This document shows, one piece after another, positions 53,436 to 64,000 of a stretch of 64,000 nucleotides of DNA. The notes below the pieces were generated by a model. That model saw only the letters and a program-made list of their open reading frames with translations. It was not told the DNA's origin and did no database searches. A program made the translations under genes and the position numbers. This DNA comes from Octopus vulgaris (Eukaryota). Where the stretch lies: contig OX597816.1 of assembly GCA_951406725.2 (NCBI GenBank), positions 10,602,001 to 10,666,000 on the forward strand. Reading direction: 5' to 3'. The number at the start of each line of letters is the position of its first letter. Position 1 is the first letter of the stretch.

Positions 53436-53544
53436 GATCCTTGTTGTGACTTGACAGACAGTATAAACCCCTGGTAGACACATTATCTTCAATCAAGAAC
53501 CTCGTGATATTGTATACTGTGCGACGTCTATAATAATAATGATA

Positions 53545-53790
53545 ATTACCTTCTTAAGATGATCATATCTCGGCGAAAGAATTTGATATAAATTTTTGCT
53601 AATCAAAATTGCAAAAGATGCGGCATCCCAAGACGGTTACAATACCTGTGATTGTAGGAACACTTGGAATGATCATAAGAGGAACTGAAGATTATTCAAA
53701 AATGATCTCCTGGCTTATCATCCATGCAGGAAGTGCAAAAGATTGTCTTACCTGGTAAGTCACACGGACTGAGAAGAGCATTGTCGCTGT
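53545..53790 (+). mobile_element. RLE LINE 3' fragment, homolog of 15390-15625
   Basis: VTIPVIVGTLGMI...QEVQKIVL. Confidence 0.7.
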
Positions 53791-54479
53791 GAATTTTCTT
53801 TCCTTTTTCCCTTTTATTTTCTTTTTCATCTTCTCTTTTTTGTTTTTTCTCTCTCTCTTTCTCCCCTTTTTCTCTATCAAATGACTTTGTAAATGAACAA
53901 CTTGGTATGTTTATTTTAATTGCCTACCAACGTATACAGTGCATTTCTCTGCCCTAGGTGTAAGAAGACACTCGGCAAGAAATGGAAACAGAATTGAAAG
54001 AAGATGCTAATGAAAATAATAATAATAATAATAATAATGATAATAATAACAACAACATCAAGAATAGGCCACCACATTTCATACCTGACAAAGAATAGAC
54101 ATTAAAGACCGAGACAGAAACTAAATGCCCAAGAGATGTTCTTGGAGCTTGGAGATGATTATGTGTGACAGAAGAATGGTATTCAATAATTTTTCAGCAA
54201 AACAACAACCTGCCAAAACAGAATTAATTTCTCAGACAAATCTTTTTGTAATGGTGCAGTAATTCTTATTAAAATATATCTTAATATGTACACACAGGTA
54301 CACACACACACACACACACACATACTTGCATGTGCACACAAACATGTCTATGCTTATCTCCCTGCCTCGCTATCTTTTTATCTATATATACATACATATC
54401 TACATACATGTACGTGTGTGTATGTGTGTATATGTGTATCAATGTGTGTGTATGTAATTGTGTACACACACACACATAT

Positions 54480-54522
<43 letters not shown>

Positions 54523-54536
54523 TCAGTCTATCTCAG

Positions 54537-54629
<93 letters not shown>

Positions 54630-54640
54630 TTATCTATATA
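54537..54640. repeat. (TCTA)n microsatellite
   Basis: Directly visible. Confidence 0.95.
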
Positions 54641-54724
54641 TATCTATTTATCTCTCCATATATATATATGTGTGTGTGTATATATATAAATACATATATA
54701 TATAAATACATATATATACATGTG

Positions 54725-54757
<33 letters not shown>

Positions 54758-55295
54758 AGATGTGTGTATACATTTCTTCTATGTATGTATAGAATGGTAC
54801 ATGTGTATGTGTCTATGTATATATCTAATAAATACGAAGTGCTTATATGTCTGTGTTGCTAGACACAACAAGACACCCACACATCTTCCGTGTCCCAACT
54901 ACTTTATCTTTCCTTACACACCAATTACAATATTTTGTTCTTCAAAACTTATTTGAGGTTTTTCATCAAATCACAACATAAAGTGACTATTCTCTTTACA
55001 AATGGTCTTATTGTTTTCTTCCACGCAACTAATGGTTTTTACTATGAACCAATGAGAGAATATCTTGTTCAGATTTCTAGAAATAACAACCAATGTTCCC
55101 TCATCGATGTGCAGGCATGGCTTGCAACCTCATGAACTCAGGTTCAGTCCCACTGCATGTTACCTTGGGGCAAATGTCTTCTATTATAGCCCTAGGTGAA
55201 CTAATGCCTTGTGAGTGAATTTCATAGACAGAAATTGTGTGGAAGCCTACTGTAAATACACACACATACACACACACACACACACACACATGCGT

Positions 55296-55344
<49 letters not shown>

Positions 55345-55359
55345 CATATATATATCCTC

Positions 55360-56695
55360 ACCATCGTCATCGCTTAACGTCCACTTTCCATGCTGACATG
55401 GGTTGGATGGTTTGACTGAAAACTGGCAAGCTGGGAGGCTGCATCAGGCTCCAATCTGATTTGGCAAGGTTTCTTCATCTGGATGCCCTTCCTAACACCA
55501 ATCACTCTCTGAGAGTGTAGTAGGTGCTTTTTACATGCCACCAGCACAGGAACCAGTCAGGTGGCACTGACATTAGTCACACTCGAATGATGCACACTGA
55601 CATTACACATCCAGCAGAGCATATTAGCTTCATTCCTTACAAGCCTATGTGTGACTTAAGCAATCTCAGCCCACGTTTCCCTGCTATGTAGCATATCTGT
55701 TCACACACATGCATCATACAGGCTACCTTTTACTCTCAGCGAGAGGCCCTCTGTTACCAGTTGAGATAGGAGCTCTCTGAACTTAGCTCAGCCTATTCTT
55801 ATTCTAGTAGCTATGCTCTCAGAGCATCCACTCCACTACTGACTTGGTCACCTAGGTAATGGAAGCTATCAACTACTTTTAGTTTTTTCCCCTGGCATGT
55901 GATGGAATCTGTTTCCAGTGTTAATTGTACCTGTGCATCTTTCACACACAAAAACTATCTTCCTTTAGCCTTCCTTTGATATTGCAGCACCTCTTATGTG
56001 TCCATAGCTTACACGGAGTACATCTTATGGAGTTTCTACCTTTGCCTTTTCTACAGATTGAGCAAGGCCATCTACCTGAAGGGGATTTGTGACTTGTCCA
56101 CATTGCTAATTTCTAAGACTTTGGTTTTTGCTAGATTGACCCTAGGGCCCTTTGATTCTAGACCTTGCTTCCACACCTGAAACTTCTCTAGTTCTGGTAG
56201 TGACTCAGCTATTAGAGGAAGGTCATCAGCATAGAAGAGCTCCCAGGGGCAGCCTGTCTTGAATTTCTCTGTTATTGCCTGGAGTACTATGATGAACCAG
56301 AGGGGGATGAGGACTGAACCTTGGTGAACCCCTACTTCTACCTGGAATTCTTCACTATACTCGTTGCCAACCCTCACCTTACTGACAGCATCCCTATACA
56401 TGGCTTGTACAGTTCTTACCAACCACTCCTCTATCTCTAGTTTCTGCATTGACCACCAGATAAGGGATTGGGGGTACCCTGTCAAAGGCTTTCTCCATGT
56501 CAACAAAAGCCAAGTACAGAGGTTTATCTTTAGCTAGGAATTTCTTCTGCAGCTGTTTTATCAGAAATATAGTTTTAGTGGTGCTTCTCCCTGGCACAAA
56601 CCCAAATTGCATCTCATCTAGACTAACTCTCTCCCTAATTAGTTAGGCTGTGCCCCTCTCTGTGACTTTCATCACCTGATCCAACAATTTGATGT
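55360..56695 (-). mobile_element. RTE(-X)-clade LINE, 5'-truncated: RT pseudogene plus (GAT)-type 3' UTR
   Basis: QFGFVPGRSTT..FVDMEKAFDRVP..GVHQGSVL..FYADDL..VNLAKTK; Cys-rich insert (WPCSICRKG...CERC); LRVKGSLYDACV..ETW..WMCNVSVH; then the hairpin/ggaagggcatcc tail. Confidence 0.9.
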
Positions 56696-57619
56696 ATATG
56701 TTATATATTTTTATTCTTTTACTTGTTCCAGTCATTTGACCGTGGCCATGCTGGAGTACTGCCTTAAAGGGTTTAATCGAAGAAATTGACACTGGGACTT
56801 ATTCTTTCTAAGCCTAGTACTTATTCTATTGGTTTCTTTTGCCAAACTGCCTAGTTACGGGGACATAAACTTACCAGCATTGGTTGTCAAGTGATGGCTG
56901 GTGGGGGTGGGGGTCATACACACACACACACACACACACGTATGTATATATATATCCCTATAACTTAGTGGTTTGCTAAAAAGTGACTGATGAAATAATT
57001 ACCAGATTTTAAAAAGTTTTGGGGTTGATTTGTTTGACTAAGCCATTCAAGGCAGTGCTCCAGCATGGTCACAGTTCAGTGACTGAAACAAGTAAAAGAT
57101 AAAAGAGGATATTACACCTAATTAATGTAAAATGCATTTGGACATGTCGGAGAGAAGAATCTGCCACAGGATAACAAACCACCTGCAAAAACAAGAAAAA
57201 CAGACCATGATTGTTATGGATTAATTGGCTTTAATTATACATGGATGCTATTGGAATTGACCAGGGGAAAGGGTGAGCAGTGCCTTGCCCCTGGTATGAT
57301 GAAACATTTCTCTTATTCAAATTTGAAGTTGTTCACTACTGAAAGTTTTTATCAGCCCATATGTAAGAGAAGAATTTAAGCCTTAAGGAAACAGACCTTG
57401 CCTTGAGACTAAATGAACAAAAAGAATTTTTTAATCTTTACAGTTGGAAGAAAAAAATGTTTAATATATAAGGTATTTTGTAAAACCCAATAGCAGTTCT
57501 TTACTTCAAGAAGTGATCCAGGAGAGGGCAGAAAGAAGATCGAAGGGGATTAAATTTCGTTTTACATCAAGTACTATAACCAACTCTCCAGGACATATCA
57601 AGAGAAATTATCACAATTT

Positions 57620-57902
57620 GCTAGTGCCACTGGACTGGCTCCTGTGCAGGTGGCACATAAAAAGCACCATCTGAGCGTGGCCATTGCCAGTACCACCTGA
57701 CTGGCCCTCATGCCGGTGGCACGTAAAAGCACCCACTACACTCTTGGAGTGGTTGGCATTAGGAAGGGCATCCTGCTGTAGAAACTCTGTCAGATCAGAT
57801 TGGAGCCTGGTGCAGCCATCTGGTTCGCCAGACCTCAGTCAAATCGTCCAACCCATGCTAGCATGGAAAGTGGATGTTAAACGATGATGATGATGATGAT
57901 GA
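57620..57902 (+). mobile_element. (GAT)n-tailed RTE 3' UTR repeat
   Basis: Family match. Confidence 0.8.
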
Positions 57903-59412
57903 AGGTGTCACAGCAAGATATTTGCATGAGATTGCTGATCTTTTAATTGAAGATTCTTACTGAGAAACGAGCCATTCCTATGCCCTTTTCAAGGCCTCTG
58001 GTACTTGTAGGGAAAAGGCGGGAATAATGCTCATCACTAATGTCTTTGCCAACCTTGACTGCAATTTATGTAAGCTACTCATTTGAAAGGCAATAGCCCT
58101 TGGGTGCGCCAGCAAGCAAATAGGATAGCCCTTAAGGTGTTACTCATGGAGCTGAGCACCAGTCATATCTGGTGATGTGTTTCTTTTAGAGAACCACTTA
58201 TGCTTGAATGCTCGAACAGACTGACATTACTCATGAGAAGGAACTGTCCAAAGAACTTCAGCAAGACACCAAATTATCCTCTGACAGAGTCTCAATGCTT
58301 TCAATAGAGAAGCAAATTCTGTTAAAGGTTCGCAAAGGAAACGTGGTGGTGTTAAACCAGGCAACAGTGCCACATAATAGCTGTTCTTCATGGATTTTAT
58401 CATATCAAACATCTGTTCTGATGAGGACAATGTTACTGAAACATTCTGTTTGCTTTATGACTAATGATATGACAGCTGGCGATTCTGCGTTTGGATACAT
58501 TGATATGGTTTCCTGTTGCTTTCTCTAAAGTAGACAAGAGATTTATGGATAGATGTGGATCAGATTCATAGCTGTCTTCAACTGTTTGCTTAGGCATAGA
58601 TCTTTAGATTTTGGAAAGATATTATGGCTAGAAGAACACGGATTTTTAGACAGCAATATTGATTTCTTGCTATGAATTAATTGCTATGGTTTTGCTATAA
58701 ACAATGTTAGATATTATAGGCACCAGTTTGAGCTATTATAGAGAAACAATAAGATTATATTCTAAGTGTGATTTACAGACACTGCACTCCTCTCAAAGAT
58801 GGCAGATTTATCATAAATATTAAGCTTATTGTTATTGATAACACCTAGAAGAAGGTGTTTCTTTTCCTCTTACCAAAGTGGATGGAGTTTTGGCCAGGAG
58901 GAACTGATGTTATTAGATGGTATCCAATGATTATTGGGTGTGTCAACCCTGAACTGTAACACCCTCCCATTGGTGAGTCAGAAGAGTTGGCCAAACCACT
59001 GCTCCTAATCTTCTCCCAGCTTCTTGTTCCATAACTCTGCTCTCTTGTTCCATAACCAGCAAGAGGCTCTTCAATAGTATAATCAAGGAATATAATTATA
59101 ATAACATTAATTTTTGTCTCTTGCTATGAAATATCTTGAAAGTTTCTCTCATGTAGCATTGCATGCCCCGGAGCTTGTTTTGTCATGATATAGCCCTGGG
59201 TGGACTGTGGCAAAACAAGAGAATGACAAAAATAAGGAGTGATAGGCGTCATAGGACCGGTGCTCATCTTGTGCTCATTAAGTTGTGAATATGAAGTCAT
59301 TTAGAATTTATTAACTGAAGCTGATGTTTTTTTATATTAATCCTGATCTTGCTGAAGTATTATAATGGAATCTACTCAGAGTTTATTTCCAAATCTTATA
59401 CACTTAGAATCT

Positions 59413-60382
59413 GTGGAATTCCTTCGAGTTGAATCGATGATGGGTTGTCAACACGGGCATTGGGAGGAGGTTGGTAGAGTAAGTGAGTCTTCTTGATGTT
59501 GATGCTCAGTCCAAGTTTAGTATATGCATGATGAAAAGCATTTAGGAGCTGTTGGAGGTGATCCTCACTGGAAAATATGAACCATTTCTGCTACCTTGGG
59601 AGCCATCTGTCAGCAAAGGTAGGCCTCAGCGATGAAATCCAACACCGTCTGAGGTGTGCAGGAACAGCTTTCGGCAAGCTTCGAACAAGAGTTTTTGCTG
59701 ATCGGGACATCCAAACCGAAACCAAACTCATGGTGTACAGGGCAGTCATTATTCCGACCCTCCTTTATGCATTCAAAACCTGGACCCCGTATAGTCACCA
59801 CCTGAGAACGCTCGAGAAATTTCACCAATGCTGTCTTCGGAAGATCCTTAACATCAGCTGGGAAGACAGAAGAACAAACGTCAGCGTGCTACTAGAAGCA
59901 AAAATGACCAGCATCGAAGCCTATGTCATCAAAGGCCAACTAAGATGGAGCGGCCATGTGGTTAGAATGACTGACGAACGACTTCCCAAACAGATCTTCT
60001 ACTCCCAACTCAAAAACAGCAAGCGTACAAAAGGAGGCCAGAAGAAACGCTACAAGGACTCCCTGAAAACGAACCTCAAAAAGTGTGACATCGACTTCAC
60101 TAACTGGGAGGAAACGGCAAAAAACAGACCACTCTGGGAAACCACCATCCATGAGGGAACGGCGACTTTCGAGTCGAAAAGGTCTGCAGAGCTGGAGGAG
60201 AAAAGATGATGACGGAAGGAGCGCCAACAACAACCACGTGCGACTCTCCCTTCTGGCACTAGATGTCCGCACTGTGACCGATCTTTTCAAGCAAGAGTTG
60301 GTCTTATCGGTCACCTACGGACTCACCAGTAAATTTGCGCGAAGACCATCATCCTCGACCTTGAGGGATTGCCATCATCATC
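59413..60382 (+). mobile_element. RTE-clade LINE insertion with 5' inversion, (CAT)n tail and TSD
   Basis: TSD acacttagaatct at 59400-59412 and 60383-60395; inverted RT segment 59413-59569. Confidence 0.92.
59568..60332 (+). pseudogene. RTE ORF C-terminus (RT thumb, C-terminal C2H2 finger)
   Basis: LENMNHFCYLGS...QLRWSGHVVRM..LPKQIFYSQL...KR**RKER...CPHCDRSFQARVGLIGHLRTHQ*. The two TGA are consistent with CGA->TGA decay. Confidence 0.9.
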
Positions 60383-61055
60383 ACACTTAGAATCTATGAC
60401 TGTGTTATGCTCATTGATGAATTACACTTATGTTAGAGTGGTGCATTCAACAAACAAAGTAGCACAGCAGTTCATACATTGCAACAATAATTATCATATG
60501 TTAATTAGAAACATGCCCTGCCTTTCCTCTTAAGTGAAATGTTAAAAAACATTGATTGAAATGACTTAATTACAATCCTAACTTTATTGACATCAGGACG
60601 AAAGCAACACAAAATTGGCACAGTTTGGATTTGAACACAGAAAAATGATACAGTACTATCATTTGTACCACACAGCTACCTTAATTTCTTTTGCTGGGTT
60701 CATGGAAATTGAAAAGTACTTTTGTTCACCTGTCATAAAAAACTCATTTAGGAATTTAACTTAGAAAAGATATTTCTATTATATTCTGATATTCTTATGG
60801 TTATTTCATGAACAGATAATGGAATTTAAATATATTCTGTCATGTAATGTATATTACAACATAACTACATAGATTTTACTTATTGTAAAATATGGTAAAG
60901 AAAATGTATGAGAGAAGCCTTTCCTAGTCTCTTATTTTGTTTATATTACTCATTTGTAAAAGAGCGAACTTTAATAAAAATTCTGTTATGAAATTGCATG
61001 CTTTCCAGTGTTTAAATATACTCATATTTGTAAATGTTTATATATATATATACAT

Positions 61056-61136
<81 letters not shown>

Positions 61137-61159
61137 CATACACTCACACACACACACAT

Positions 61160-61311
61160 ATCATCATCATCATCATCATCATTTAACGTCCGCTTTCCAT
61201 GCTAGCATGGGTTGGACGGTTCAACTGGGGTCTGGGGAGCCCGAAGGCTGCACCAGGCCAGTCAGATCTGGCAGTGTTTCTACAGCTGGATGCCCTTCCT
61301 AACGCCAACCA
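61160..61311 (-). mobile_element. (GAT)n-tailed RTE 3' UTR repeat (another at 62705-62950)
   Basis: Family match. Confidence 0.8.
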
Positions 61312-64000
61312 TATAATAATTCACTTAGGCATTGTGATATTATTAAGCAGTTGTTAGAACTCAATATACATTTGGTGAGTACAGAGTGTAATATGAATGG
61401 AATACAAAAGAACAAGAGTCAGGTGGTCACTTCCATTGGCTTACAGTTGTTTCTGCTATAAGAAGCATTACACTCAAAGCTGAGTGCTTGTGTAGCATAT
61501 GAGTTTCCTTGGAGTTATTTAGATGAAGTGTGTGTTTACTTCAAAAAGTATCAAAATACATAGAGTTGGTTACATGCAGAAACAGTTATGTAAAGAAATA
61601 TAATGGAGTCTGTTGGTGGAAAATCCTTCCAAAGGTACATAGATGAACAAATACATATGTATTCATACATCCCACATAATAAACAAGCATATATCTAGGC
61701 AAACACATAGAGATACTTATAGAAATACATATCAGTTCACATTTATAGGCACATACATATGAGTACAAATATGTAAATGAAACAGCTCGGAGTGCAATGC
61801 TTCTTATAGACGAAACAGTTATAAGCTAATGAAATTTTTAGTCTTTCATTAATTGAGATGTGTGTGTGTGTGTGTATACATGTATGTGTTTATATATAAA
61901 AGAATATTAAAATAATAATAATACAGGGTAAGATTAATTAATTAATCAATTAATTAATTGATTAATAATTAATAATTTTACCAAATAATCAGTTGGTATG
62001 TGGCGAAGCACTTAGCTAACAAATGTTGTGTTTCATCTCCTTTCATGTTACAGGACCAGCCTGTTGGTAGGTGTGGGGATGCATCTATTTAACACATTGC
62101 CTCACTTCAACCTGGGTTTTAAAGACCAAGCACAATCTTCTGTATGCTCCTGATTATAATTATATTTATGTATATAATTATAGAATATTTTGTATAAAAG
62201 AATGTTATATATGTTTCAGTAGACAGGCCTTTTATTGATTATACATGCATTATGTCATAAGCAAATGTCCTCCACATCTTCAGGTATCCAACTGTCAAGG
62301 CCTCAAGACAGTGGAGATTGGTTGTAACCAATTGATACACTTGTGTGTGTATTTAGGTTATATAGAGGAGATAGACTATTTAGCTTTTGTTTTCATCTTC
62401 TGTCTGTACGGTTGTGTTGCAAACATTACAACCCTAGATTTAATACTGCTATTAATGTCCCTAGCTGTGATCTTTGTGTTTCATCTCCTTTCATGTTACA
62501 GCACCAACCTGTTGGTAGGTGTGGAGATGCATCAATTTAACACATTGCCTCACTTCAACCTGAGTTTTAAAGACCAAGCACAATCTTCCGTATGCTCCAT
62601 CCCAGTTGATGGTTAGAGTTATTTCCAACTGCATGTGTTAGGTCATATAGAAGCTTCCTTCATTTTTGGAAAAAACAGAGATATGCAACTCTTCTCTGTG
62701 CCTGATCATCATCATCATCCTCATTGTTGTTTAACATCTCCTTTCCATGCTGGCAAAGGTTGGGTGGTTTGTCTGAGGACTGGTAAGCTAGAAGGCTGCA
62801 CAAGGCTCCAGTCTGACCTGGCAAAGTTTCTACAGCTGGATGCCCTTTCTAATACTACCCACTCTGATAGTGTAGTGGGTGCTTTTTATGTGCCACTGGC
62901 ACGGGACCAGTCAGGCAGTACTGGCATCGACTATGCTTGAATGGTGCTTTTTACTTGCCATCATCTTGAATGAATCTTGGGCAAAGAAGCACTGGCCTTT
63001 GTAACATGCACCATCCAAGTTCTTTTCTTTTCCAGGAGATGACTTTATCAATTAACTTCTCCAGATGAGCAACAGTTGCAACATTGCTGCTATTGTTATT
63101 AGTATTAATGTTTTTCAAAACACTGCTATCTTTCATTTGTTAGAATGTCTTCAGTATTTACATATTTGAACATATTCGTCTTACTTTTTCTCTTTCTTTA
63201 ACTCCATACTATTGTTATCAATTATTTTATTTGGAAGCATAGCAATACTGCCTCAATCATTGCTTGTATTTCTTCCTACTCTCAGAAAAGGAGGCATATT
63301 AAATTACCAGTAGCCATTTCTTAAAAAAACAATAATATAATGTATAAAAGACAGATATCACTTCTGTGCCAGCTAATGATGCAGACATCCAAATGGTCTA
63401 TAATTCCTATTTGCAAAACGAAACCAAATTCTTTTTCATTACCAAATATGTCATAAAAGAAATAAAAGATTTTCCTGGAAGAGGAAAGGGAAGAATTATC
63501 GCAAGATTTTAATGAAAGGCATTAATTAACCTTGGTGGAATTTAAACTCAGAACATCAAGAGACACAACAAAATACAGCAAGGTCTTTGCTTCTTTCCTC
63601 AACTAATTCTGCCAATTCTCAAAAATAATTCACCAATGCTATGTTTTTCTGTTTACTGATATCATAAGTAAATAAACAGGCAGACTTCAGATTAATATTT
63701 CTTACAACGGAAGAAATAAGCACACACTGCAGGAAAAAAATATAATAGAAATAATCCCAGAAAATGGAACAAAATATTTTTCTCTGAGCTACTACCTCCT
63801 CTGTGTCAGGTAAAAACAAAAAGATACTATTATAAAATATATTATATTAAGGAAATATATAGTGAATAAAGTACCCAAAATACCTGGAATTAAAGAATTA
63901 TTTAATAATATTTACCTGTAAAGTTAGAAAGATTCTGAAATAATAACAAAAAGCACGGTATATTAGTGCAAACATATTATTTACGGAAAACTGTAGCAAA

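Noticed and set aside
59577-60209. Host protein-coding gene (210 aa)
   Set aside because: It is a truncated RTE ORF bounded by a TSD.
62951-63136. Short ORF as a possible host exon (also 58208-58528, 2347-2532)
   Set aside because: No recognisable domain or convincing splice-site pair.

Overview
AT-rich eukaryotic (metazoan) genomic DNA with no recognisable intact host gene. Nearly all ORFs in the track are artefacts of microsatellites or transposon relics. The repeat repertoire (several tRNA-derived SINE families, R4/Dong-type RLE LINE tails in (TAA)n tracts, RTE, CR1, Penelope relics, maT/mariner, hAT/Merlin/pogo-like MITEs, long (TACA)n tracts) resembles a coleoid cephalopod (Octopus) intron or intergenic region; the species is my inference. 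Most notable observations: (1) an RTE LINE with a complete twin-priming 5' inversion and TSD (59400-60395); (2) an inverted duplication of unique sequence, arms ~0.8-0.9 kb, with near-identical blocks (12187-13110 / 16993-17760); (3) several minimal type-I hammerhead-ribozyme motifs in Penelope-type relics; (4) a young hierarchical tandem array built from a hairpin-rich LINE 3' UTR (8875-11272); (5) a CCHC ORF1-only retroelement whose 3' end matches a SINE tail; (6) Merlin-type MITEs, one with an unusual 26-bp flanking duplication. Boundaries of degenerate repeats are approximate and were read by eye.
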